Source: Candidatus Parcubacteria bacterium (GTDB taxonomy: Bacteria > Patescibacteriota > Minisyncoccia > Phycocordibacterales > JAKFXT01). Taken from it: 64,000 nt of DNA. Below the pieces are notes generated by a model that saw nothing but the letters and a program-made list of their open reading frames with translations, was not told the origin of the DNA and ran no database searches. The translations under genes were made by a program, and so were the position numbers. Position 1 is the first letter of the stretch. Every line of letters begins with the position of its first letter. Positions 26,353 to 34,167 of this stretch are shown here, piece by piece. The stretch lies in NCBI GenBank assembly GCA_021414235.1, contig JAIOOV010000004.1:36250-100249 (forward strand). The letters are read 5' to 3'.

Positions 26353-28541
26353 ATTACCGGGACGACAGAGGGGACAGGGAAGATGGCGGGTTCGGTGCTC
26401 TGTCCGCTTATCTCTCCGCTCCCAGGAGTAGTGGGGGTGCCTCCGTGCTCTGCAACCCATCGCTCTACTGGGTAATCCCAGAGTCTGAGCTGTGCCTCTT
26501 GGGCACGCTCCTCGTCGGTAGGATAAGGGCCGGTCGGGTCGCTTTTCTTCACATAGTAAAGGATCTCGTGGGGGCCTTCCGCTACTCCTCTCAGTGCTGG
26601 TTTGAGATCCTCGGATATCGGCGGCGGGGGAGGAAACTTCTCTTCAGGCACACCCTTCAAGGCCTCTGCCATGAATTGATGCCAGAGAGGGGCGATGATG
26701 AAGCCTGCGACCTTCTTCTGCATGGCAGAGTTGTCATTGTTTCCAGCCCAAGCACCGACGGCGATCCTCGGTGTGTAGCCTACGATCCAGGCATCACGGT
26801 AATCGTTGGTCGTACCAGTCTTTGCTGCCACGCTGCGACCGGGGAAGTTGAGAGCAGAGTCTTCGCCGAAGGCGGGACTGCGCGCATCATTGTCCGAGAG
26901 CACGTCGGTGACCTGGCGGGCAATCTCGGGGGAGAGAGCTTCGGTGATGGAGGGCTCGTAATTCTCTAGCACGTTGCCTTGATTGTCTTCGACACGCAGT
27001 ACCGCGTGCGGCTCGAAGCGGACGCCGTCGTTAGCGAATACGCCGTAGGCGCTGGTGAGATCAAGCAGGGTCACTTCGCCGCCGCCGAGCACCAAGGTGA
27101 GGCCGTAGCGCTCTGGACCCTTGAGCGTAGAGATACCCATATCACGGGCGGTCTTGAGGGATTCCTTGAGGCCGGCGAGGTAGAGAACCTTCACTGAAGG
27201 GACGTTGAGGGATTGCGCGAGCGCATTCCGGAGGGAGATGGGGCCGCGGAAGACACCGTCGTAGTTGTCTGGCGAGAAACAAGGATCTGCCTTGGAGAAA
27301 TTATCCGGCGCACAGGCGGTAGAGAACTGCGTTTTGAGGTCGTAGACCACAGTATCTGGAGTGTAGCCTTTCTTAAAGGCGGTGGCGTAGACGAATGGTT
27401 TGAAGGCAGAGCCTGGTTGGCGGAGGGCGAGCGCGATGTTGTAGTTGCCGTCGATGGCTTTGTCGAAATAGTTACGAGAGCCCACCATGGTGAGAATCTC
27501 ACCGCTCCGGGGATCTACGGCCACCATACCCACGTTCTCTGCGTTGAACTTTTTCTCGTTCTCGAGGGCTCCTTTGGCGGCGATGTCCTCGGCGACGCCC
27601 TGGAGGTGGTAGTCGAGTGAGGTGATGACCTTGAGGCCTCCTTCGGTGAGGGCTCTTTCCCCGTACTTATTAGCCAAGTACTCGCGCACGTAGAAGACGA
27701 AGTGTGGAGCCTTGATGCTCGTGTCCTTCTGGGCCATGAAGGCGACTTTCTCCGAGAGGGCTGTGTCGTACTCCTCCTTAGTTATGTAATTGAACTCGAG
27801 CATCTTGCGAAGCACCAGGTTCTTGCGACCCTCGAGCGCGTCTTTGTGGTTGCCGTAAGGGGAGTAGTAGGTAGGAGCCTGAGGGAGGGCGGCGATATAG
27901 GCGGACTCGGCGATAGAGAGATCCTTGGCATGCTTGCCGAAGAAAGACATGGAAGCTTCCTCTACACCGTAGATGTTGCCACCATACGGGGATTCGTTGA
28001 GGTAGATCTCGAGTATCCGGTCTTTGCTAATGATCCGCTCTAGGCGTACGGCGAGCACCCACTCCTTTATCTTGCGAGAGATTCGCTTGTCTTGGGTAAG
28101 GAGGGCGTTCTTCACTACCTGCTGGGTGATGGTGGAGCCTCCCTGGGTGTAGCCATCTGAGAGGTGGAGGATCACCAGGATATTGGAGAGCACGGCGCGC
28201 ACGATGGCGGTCGGCTTTATGCCGAGGTGAGTATAGAATTCATTGTCCTCGATCGCGATCGAAGCGTTTTTGATGGCAGGAGCGATGTCGGCGAGCGGTA
28301 CCACGGTGCGGTTGGCCTGGCCATGGAGCGCGAAGAGGAGGATGGTGCCGGTACGGTCGTAGATCTTGGTGGACTGGCTTACCTGGCGGTTCTCGATGGA
28401 GCTTAAGTCGGGGATCCGCAGGCTTGAGGCCCACAGGAGGAATCCGCCGATGAAAAGGAGTGAAGTAGCGGCGAGGAAGAGGAGGGTGCGCTTGGGGTCC
28501 TGAAGAAGCAGCCGCTTCAGGCGAGAATAGAGTTTTTTCAT
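26349..28541 (-). CDS. Penicillin-binding protein 1A family (bifunctional transglycosylase/transpeptidase)
   Basis: N-terminal TM; GT51 motifs (EDNEFYTHLGI; GGSTITQQVVKN); transpeptidase motifs (SAFKPF; KTGTTND). Confidence 0.9.
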   Translation of the reverse strand: MKKLYSRLKRLLLQDPKRTLLFLAATSLLFIGGFLLWASSLRIPDLSSIENRQVSQSTKIYDRTGTILLFALHGQANRTVVPLADIAPAIKNASIAIEDNEFYTHLGIKPTAIVRAVLSNILVILHLSDGYTQGGSTITQQVVKNALLTQDKRISRKIKEWVLAVRLERIISKDRILEIYLNESPYGGNIYGVEEASMSFFGKHAKDLSIAESAYIAALPQAPTYYSPYGNHKDALEGRKNLVLRKMLEFNYITKEEYDTALSEKVAFMAQKDTSIKAPHFVFYVREYLANKYGERALTEGGLKVITSLDYHLQGVAEDIAAKGALENEKKFNAENVGMVAVDPRSGEILTMVGSRNYFDKAIDGNYNIALALRQPGSAFKPFVYATAFKKGYTPDTVVYDLKTQFSTACAPDNFSKADPCFSPDNYDGVFRGPISLRNALAQSLNVPSVKVLYLAGLKESLKTARDMGISTLKGPERYGLTLVLGGGEVTLLDLTSAYGVFANDGVRFEPHAVLRVEDNQGNVLENYEPSITEALSPEIARQVTDVLSDNDARSPAFGEDSALNFPGRSVAAKTGTTNDYRDAWIVGYTPRIAVGAWAGNNDNSAMQKKVAGFIIAPLWHQFMAEALKGVPEEKFPPPPPISEDLKPALRGVAEGPHEILYYVKKSDPTGPYPTDEERAQEAQLRLWDYPVERWVAEHGGTPTTPGSGEISGQSTEPAIFPVPSVVPVI

Positions 28542-28620
28542 GTTGTTAAGCTCTCATTAAGGCCGAGAGTCTGGTTGAATCTTCATCCTAGCAGAGAAGA
28601 GCCTTTTTTCCACGGGAGGT

Positions 28621-28660
28621 AAAACACAAAAGCTCCGCGATCGCGGAGCTTTTGTGTTTT
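28621..28660. terminator. 40-nt perfect palindrome, bidirectional intrinsic terminator
   Basis: aaaacacaaaAGCTCCGCGA|TCGCGGAGCTtttgtgtttt. Confidence 0.65.
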
Positions 28661-28661
28661 A

Positions 28662-28853
28662 CTATTCTTCTGCTGCCGGCCCGAAACCGAAAGGAGTGTC
28701 CTCCTCCTCTTCGTCGACATCCTCTCCGAGAGAGAAGGGGTCCTCTTCTACTACTCCTGCTACACCGTCCGCATCGTCATCTCCGAGGTTTATGAGGTCC
28801 TTTCCGAACTCTCCTTCCTCTCTGTCTTTTTCTTCCTCAAAGCCTTTCTTCAT
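28662..28853 (-). CDS. Small highly acidic hypothetical protein (63 aa)
   Basis: An ORF only; D/E-rich. It ends exactly at the palindromic terminator. No homology recognised. Confidence 0.3.
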   Translation of the reverse strand: MKKGFEEEKDREEGEFGKDLINLGDDDADGVAGVVEEDPFSLGEDVDEEEEDTPFGFGPAAEE

Positions 28854-28957
28854 ACGGGATTCCGAGTGAAAATTACGGGTTCGCTTTTAAAGATTTCATA
28901 GTTGTATCACGGTCCTTTCTTTTTGCAACTTTACCCGCTTTTACGTGTGGAAAACCT

Positions 28958-29446
28958 CTATCTGCGGACCGAGGCGCTCGCAGTGAGCGCGAGCGCGATG
29001 GCGTCGTACTCATCGTCGAAGCGGAGCGGAGAGGTGAGCGCGAGGAGCTTTGCTACCATGCTGGCGACCTGCTTCTTGTCGCTTCTGCCGTAGCCGGTGA
29101 CCGCCACCTTCACCTGGAGCGGGGTGTATTCGTAGAGGGGGAGCTTGTTTACTGAGGCAAGGTAGAGGAGGGCGCCGCGCACCTCAGAGACTGCCATAGC
29201 AGTCTTTTGATTATTCTCGAAATAGAGCTTTTCTATGCCTGCGAACGCAGGTCCGTACTCCTTAATAAGGGAATCAAAGCGCTCGCCCACAAGACGTAGG
29301 CGCTCCAAGAAGGGGAGGGTTTTCGAAGTTACGAAACATTCTGAGAAGAGAAGCTTCTCATGGCCTCCAGCGTTCTTCTCGAGAATGGCGAAGCCGCAGC
29401 GATCGTATCCCGGATCTATTCCGATGATACGGACACTATTCGCCAT
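28958..29446 (-). CDS. ruvC: Crossover junction endodeoxyribonuclease RuvC
   Basis: IIGIDPGYDRCGFAIL...; the LQVKVAVTGYGRSDKKQV motif. Confidence 0.9.
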   Translation of the reverse strand: MANSVRIIGIDPGYDRCGFAILEKNAGGHEKLLFSECFVTSKTLPFLERLRLVGERFDSLIKEYGPAFAGIEKLYFENNQKTAMAVSEVRGALLYLASVNKLPLYEYTPLQVKVAVTGYGRSDKKQVASMVAKLLALTSPLRFDDEYDAIALALTASASVRR

Positions 29447-29981
29447 CGGTTTTAGCTGCGTTCGTGTAAACGTCCTGGACCTCCTCGTTCTCCTCTAGGG
29501 CGCTAATGAGGGCGCCGAGCTTCTCTTCGTCCTCTGGAGAGACGGGGACCTCTGTCTTTGGCTGCCATTCGCCCTCGATCTTCTCGAATGCCCAGAGCGC
29601 GGAGCCGATGCCGCCGAGCGTCGTTCCGTGCTCAGAGAGGATATGCTTTATCTCGCTCGCCGCCTTATTGCGGTTTCCGGTCAGGGCTTCGATGAGGAGA
29701 GCGGCGCCTCCTGGGCCGTAGGCTTCGTAGATTATTACCTCGAGTTCGCCTGCTTCTCCGCCCACGCCTTTCTTGATCGCCCGTTCGATATTGTCGCTCG
29801 GCATATTGAAAGATTTCGCCTTATCGATGGCTGCGCGCAGGGAGGGGGAGCTTACGTTACCCGCAGCTTTCTTAGACTCGAGTACGATGAAGCGCGCGAG
29901 CTTGCCGAAAAGCTTGCTCCTCTGTGCATCGGAGACTCCTTTCTTTCGCTTAATCTGTGACCATTTATTGTGTCCTGCCAT
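29436..29981 (-). CDS. YebC/PmpR-family DNA-binding regulator (short form, 181 aa)
   Basis: MAGHNKWSQIKRKKGVSDAQRSKLFGKLARFI, the YebC N-terminus. Confidence 0.85.
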   Translation of the reverse strand: MAGHNKWSQIKRKKGVSDAQRSKLFGKLARFIVLESKKAAGNVSSPSLRAAIDKAKSFNMPSDNIERAIKKGVGGEAGELEVIIYEAYGPGGAALLIEALTGNRNKAASEIKHILSEHGTTLGGIGSALWAFEKIEGEWQPKTEVPVSPEDEEKLGALISALEENEEVQDVYTNAAKTDGE

Positions 29982-29986
29982 GGTGA

Positions 29987-31018
29987 TTACAAAAGACTTT
30001 GCTGCTCCGCGGTCTTCGGAGGGTAGCCTAAGTGTTCGTAGCCGCGGGCGGTGACGATGCGTCCTCGCGGGGTACGTTCGATGAGGCCGAGCTGGAGGAG
30101 GTAGGGTTCATGCACCTCCTCTACTGTGGCCTGGTCCTCGGAGAGGGCGGCGCCGATGGTGTTGAGGCCGACGGGGCCACCGTTGAATTTGGTGATGATC
30201 ACCTCAAGGAGCCTGCGGTCGGATTCGGAGAGGCCGATGTTGTCCACCCCGAGGAGCTCGAGCGCTCCTTTGACCATCTCCTCGGTAATGCTGTTCTTGT
30301 TCACTTGCGCGAAATCCCTGCAGCGCTTGAGGAGATAATTGGCCGTGCGCGGCGTGAAGCGGCTGCGACGGGCGATCTCTTCGATGGCTTTGTCCTCGAT
30401 GGGAATATTAAGGAGGGAAGCGGAGCGTTCCACGATCTTGGCGATTTCTGCTTCTGAATAGAATTCTAGGCGGAAGACGCCGCCGGAGAAGCGGGAGCGC
30501 AGCGGCGCTGAGAGCATGGCGATGCGCGTGGTAGCAGCGACCAGGGTGAACGGCGGGAGCTCGAGCTGGATGGTGCGCGCGGACGGACCTTTGCCGATGA
30601 TGATATTGAGCGCGCCGCTCTCCATTGCTGGATACAGCACCTCTTCGATGGTCTTGTTGAGGCGATGGATCTCGTCGATGAAGAGGATGTCGCGAGGGGA
30701 GAGGTTGGTGAGGATGGAGGCAATATCTCCCACTTTTTCGATGGCCGGTCCCGAGGTCACTTTCATCTGTGAGCCAAGCTCCTTGCTTATGAGGTGGGCG
30801 AGAGTGGTCTTACCGAGGCCTGGAGGGCCATAAAAGAGGAGATGCTCGGGCGTATGCTCGCGTTCCTTGGCCGCTGCAAGCAGGATTTTCAGGTTATCCT
30901 TGGTCTTTTCTTGCCCGATATACTCTGCCCAGGTCTGTGGGCGCAGCGCCTGGTCAAGGAAAAGCTCGTCGCGCTTGATTTCCACTCCTTCTGCCCCCAG
31001 AGCGCCGTTACTTGACAT
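29987..31018 (-). CDS. ruvB: Holliday junction branch migration helicase RuvB
   Basis: LRPQTWAEYIGQEKTKDNL...LLFYGPPGLGKTTLAHLI...IDEIHRL. Confidence 0.95.
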   Translation of the reverse strand: MSSNGALGAEGVEIKRDELFLDQALRPQTWAEYIGQEKTKDNLKILLAAAKEREHTPEHLLFYGPPGLGKTTLAHLISKELGSQMKVTSGPAIEKVGDIASILTNLSPRDILFIDEIHRLNKTIEEVLYPAMESGALNIIIGKGPSARTIQLELPPFTLVAATTRIAMLSAPLRSRFSGGVFRLEFYSEAEIAKIVERSASLLNIPIEDKAIEEIARRSRFTPRTANYLLKRCRDFAQVNKNSITEEMVKGALELLGVDNIGLSESDRRLLEVIITKFNGGPVGLNTIGAALSEDQATVEEVHEPYLLQLGLIERTPRGRIVTARGYEHLGYPPKTAEQQSLL

Positions 31019-31027
31019 AAATTTTAT

Positions 31028-31043
31028 TATATGCTAGCATATA
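31028..31043. promoter_or_regulatory. 16-bp perfect palindrome TATATGCTAGCATATA overlapping the ruvB -10 region (candidate operator)
   Basis: On the minus strand it reads ...TATATGCTAGCATATAATAAAATTT-ATG(ruvB). A TATAAT element sits immediately upstream of the ruvB start. Confidence 0.35.
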
Positions 31044-31316
31044 GATACCCTCTTTGTGGGGCTTTGTTTTTTGAGAGCTTCCCGCATTGTATCTCACATT
31101 CGTCTCCTCCAGCGTATTACTCTCTAAGGAATTGGGTCCTCCCGGACTTACTGGTAGTTTTACGAGGACGCCCTGGTTCTCTCCCTCGCGGAGAGGTGAC
31201 TGGCGCTATCCTTTGAAGACTACTTAGCTTTTAATACCCGTTATTGAAAGTATTCCTTAGAGAGTAATGTTCTGGAAGAACCTCTCTACCTACTAAAAAG
31301 CGTACTCCTCTCGGAA

Positions 31317-31345
31317 GCCCCTGCCCACTAGGCGAGGGGCTTTTT
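31317..31345 (+). terminator. Plus-oriented intrinsic terminator at the end of a 300-nt structured intergenic region
   Basis: GCCCCTGCC-cacta-GGCGAGGGGC followed by TTTTT on the plus strand. No plus-strand CDS lies upstream, so it may terminate an ncRNA. Confidence 0.45.
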
Positions 31346-31369
31346 CCGTGTCCCCAGGATTAGCGCTCT

Positions 31370-33067
31370 CTATTGTAATTCAACGACGCGTTCGAGCTCT
31401 GCGAGAGAGGTCACTCCGCGCAGCGCCTTCAGCACTCCGTCCTGCGGCATGGTGAGGATGTCCTGGTCTTCGCTGGCTTTAGCGATTTCGCGCTCGCTTG
31501 GGCTGGAATTCAATACTTCTTCCACTTTCTCCGTCATGAGCACTGCTTCGAAGATGCCGATGCGTCCGCGGTAGCCGGTGCCATTACATGCGGGGCACCC
31601 GACCGGATCTTTTAGTTTGAGTTCTGTGGGAATGAGTTCGCGGCGCTTCACAGAAGTGAGGACGGCGTTCATGCGTGCCGCTTCCTCTGGTGTTGCCGCT
31701 CTTTCTTTGGCGCAGGTACCGCAGAGCTTGCGTACGAGGCGCTGTGCAAGCACGACGTTGATCGCCGAGCTTATGACTCTAGAATTCACTCCGAGGTCGA
31801 TGAGGCGGGGGATGGCTCCAGCTGCGTTGTTGGTATGGAGCGTTGAGAGCACTAGGTGTCCGGTGAGGCCGGCGTTGATGGCGATGTCCGCCGTCTCGCC
31901 ATCGCGGATCTCGCCGACCATGATCACGTCCGGATCCTGACGGAGCGCAGCGCGCAGCCCGGCAGCGAAAGTGTAGTTCTTGTGGTCCGCTTGGGTCTGT
32001 ACGATGCCTGGCAGGTGGTACTCGATCGGGTCCTCGATGGTGATGATCTTCACTTCGGATGTGTGGATCTTTCGGAGAAAAGAGTAGAGGGTGGTCGTCT
32101 TGCCGCTGCCAGTGGGGCCGGTGGTAAGGAGCATGCCGTTCGGCTTCATGATTTCTCGCTCGATTACGGCGTAGAGCGCGGGCTCGATGCCGAGCTGATC
32201 CATGGGCACGTTGATGGTCTGCGGGTTCAATATGCGCAGGACGAGCGATTCGCCGTAGGCGCCGGGGAGTATGGAGGTACGGATCTCGATATCGCTGCCC
32301 GCCTTGATGCTGAAGCGGCCGTCTTGGGAAGTATCCTTGAGGTTGAGCTTAAGGCCGGAGATGAGTTTGAGACGGGAGAGCAGCAGAAGGAAGGTCTTGA
32401 GATCGAATGTGCTGATGTCCATGAGCACGCCGTCGAGACGATAGCGCAGGCGCACGTATGCCTCTTCCGGCTCGAGGTGAAGGTCGGAAGCTCCCACGGC
32501 GAGTGCGCCTGCGAGCATGATCTCGAGTAGGCGAGAGATGTGATAGGTTTTCTTCTCTGCGAGGACGGTCTCGACGCGGGCCCTGATGTCTTCAACCGTC
32601 TTCACTTCGTGCAGGGTCTTTTCGATGGCTTCGTTTGATATATCCACTACGCCTGCGGCGGATTCCTTAGCGAAGGAGAAATCCTTGTAGCGAGCCCAGA
32701 CGTGGGCGAGGCTCGCCTTAGACACCATGAAGGAGCTTACGAGGTAGCCTTTGTCGGTGAATTCCTGGAGTATCTCCGCAGTGCGCGGGTTCTTGGGGGA
32801 GAGGACGGCGGCTTTTAGTTTCTTGCCGACAACGTCAAAGAGAGCGAGGTTGCCCTCTTCTGCAGTCGCTTCTGGGAGCAAGCGAACAGCATCGCTATTT
32901 ATGGGGAGGCGGGTGAGATCGAGATAGGGGAGACCGTAGCGTTCGGAGAGGAGCTTGGCCAGCTCCTCTTCTTCGCGGCTGCGGAGGTCCGCTATCTTCT
33001 TGTCTTGCTTGTCCTCATCAAAATGAACCGCCATATATGAGCTAAGTATAGCCCGAAACAAGGCCAT
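31370..33067 (-). CDS. pilB: Type IV pilus assembly ATPase PilB (GspE family)
   Basis: Walker A TGPTGSGKTTTL; Asp/His boxes; C-terminal tetracysteine CPACNGTG...; 565 aa. Confidence 0.9.
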   Translation of the reverse strand: MALFRAILSSYMAVHFDEDKQDKKIADLRSREEEELAKLLSERYGLPYLDLTRLPINSDAVRLLPEATAEEGNLALFDVVGKKLKAAVLSPKNPRTAEILQEFTDKGYLVSSFMVSKASLAHVWARYKDFSFAKESAAGVVDISNEAIEKTLHEVKTVEDIRARVETVLAEKKTYHISRLLEIMLAGALAVGASDLHLEPEEAYVRLRYRLDGVLMDISTFDLKTFLLLLSRLKLISGLKLNLKDTSQDGRFSIKAGSDIEIRTSILPGAYGESLVLRILNPQTINVPMDQLGIEPALYAVIEREIMKPNGMLLTTGPTGSGKTTTLYSFLRKIHTSEVKIITIEDPIEYHLPGIVQTQADHKNYTFAAGLRAALRQDPDVIMVGEIRDGETADIAINAGLTGHLVLSTLHTNNAAGAIPRLIDLGVNSRVISSAINVVLAQRLVRKLCGTCAKERAATPEEAARMNAVLTSVKRRELIPTELKLKDPVGCPACNGTGYRGRIGIFEAVLMTEKVEEVLNSSPSEREIAKASEDQDILTMPQDGVLKALRGVTSLAELERVVELQ

Positions 33068-33086
33068 TTTATGCAGGTAGAGACTC

Positions 33087-33116
33087 TTGACAAATAAGCC
33101 ATTCGTGGTATATAAT
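33087..33116 (+). promoter_or_regulatory. Near-consensus sigma70-type promoter (TTGACA-17/18-TATAAT) for the lipoprotein gene
   Basis: cTTGACAaataagccattcgtggtaTATAAT, followed by the RBS AAGGAGG before ATG 33157. Confidence 0.5.
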
Positions 33117-33156
33117 TAAAGGCAGGAAAACAACCTGCTCAAGGAGGGCCTACAAA

Positions 33157-33621
33157 ATGCGCTACCTGATTCTTGCTCTGGCGCTGCTCGTCTCTGGCTG
33201 TATCGGTCGTGACGGGCAGGGTCGTGTCGTGGCGAGCTCCACGACTTGCGGCCCCATGGGTCCCATCACAGGGTGCCCTGGCTACAAGAGCGACCCGCCG
33301 ATGGGCGGCGAGGTGAGGGTGAGAACCCGCTATCCGAACTATCAGTGCTCGATCACCAGCGATCGTCTGGGGGTCGACAAGAAAGGCAGGCCGCTGGTCC
33401 TCACGACCAAGCCGATGACGTTGCCTCATGGTCCCTTCGGAGCCAGCCGCCCCGTTCGTCTGGAGGTCGACTGCTGCGACATGGAAGGGAAATATCGAGG
33501 CTTCTACCTCGATGTGGTGCCTCGTGATCAGCGGGACCTCGTGGTTCCGGACAGCTTCCAGTCGCGCAGCGCATGGGCTCCCAATCTTCGGTTTTGTCGG
33601 GAGCTCGGGCTCCTGCCCTAA
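33157..33621 (+). CDS. Small Cys-rich lipoprotein, GC-rich, probable foreign origin
   Basis: Signal peptide with lipobox LLVSGC. 154 aa with 10 Cys. GC and GC3 are visibly higher than in neighbouring genes. Confidence 0.55.
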   Translation: MRYLILALALLVSGCIGRDGQGRVVASSTTCGPMGPITGCPGYKSDPPMGGEVRVRTRYPNYQCSITSDRLGVDKKGRPLVLTTKPMTLPHGPFGASRPVRLEVDCCDMEGKYRGFYLDVVPRDQRDLVVPDSFQSRSAWAPNLRFCRELGLLP

Positions 33622-33641
33622 CCAGTTCTTCTCGCAGCCAA

Positions 33642-33680
33642 CGACCACTATCTGTAAACAGATAGTGGTCGGCTTCGTTT
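33642..33680 (+). terminator. Intrinsic terminator after the lipoprotein gene
   Basis: CGACCACTATCTGT-aaa-ACAGATAGTGGTCG followed by a gcttcgTTTTc run. Confidence 0.5.
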
Positions 33681-33708
33681 TCTACTCTACGGTGCTACAA
33701 TCAGCGAC

Positions 33709-34167
33709 ATGAAGGAGATCACCTCCCGCTCTCTCGCGGACACAAAAGCCTTTGCTGAGAGCCTCCTCAAGAGGCTGGTAGAGATTCCTCGTAAGAGCGC
33801 GGCGGTACTCGCCCTCTATGGAAACCTGGGGGCAGGGAAGACCGCGCTCACCAAGGAGCTGGCGCTCCTCCTTGGGGTCAAGGATACGGTTAATAGCCCC
33901 ACTTTCATCCTAGAGAAGATATACAAGGTGAAGCATCCGGTCTTCGAGCGGCTCATTCATATAGATGCCTACCGCCTGGAGGAGCCGCAGGAGCTTGCTC
34001 ACTTGGGCTTCACCGAACTTGCCGCAGATGGAGGGAACCTCATCGTGGTCGAATGGGCGGAGCAGGTAGAAGGACTTATTCCCGAGAGCGCGCTACGGGT
34101 GCATGCAGAGTTTGTCGACGAGACTACGCGGCGTTTTTATATTCATGACAAAGAAAGTAAAAGTTAA
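33709..34167 (+). CDS. tsaE: tRNA threonylcarbamoyladenosine biosynthesis protein TsaE
   Basis: ALYGNLGAGKTALTKELA...NSPTFIL motif characteristic of YjeE/TsaE. Confidence 0.8.
   Translation: MKEITSRSLADTKAFAESLLKRLVEIPRKSAAVLALYGNLGAGKTALTKELALLLGVKDTVNSPTFILEKIYKVKHPVFERLIHIDAYRLEEPQELAHLGFTELAADGGNLIVVEWAEQVEGLIPESALRVHAEFVDETTRRFYIHDKESKS

Noticed and set aside
26445-28043. Several 100-175-aa plus-strand ORFs (26445-26969, 27213-27620, 27702-28043)
   Set aside because: All antisense to the PBP1A gene (26349-28541, minus), which carries GT51 and transpeptidase motifs.
33139-33648. 169-aa minus-strand ORF
   Set aside because: Antisense to the lipoprotein gene, which has promoter, RBS, lipobox and terminator in the plus orientation.
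34103-34144. N-terminal extension of polA (MQSLSTRLRGVFIF...)
   Set aside because: Overlaps the tsaE 3' end. The conserved 5'-3' exo domain begins at MTKKVKV (34145), which is the more plausible start.
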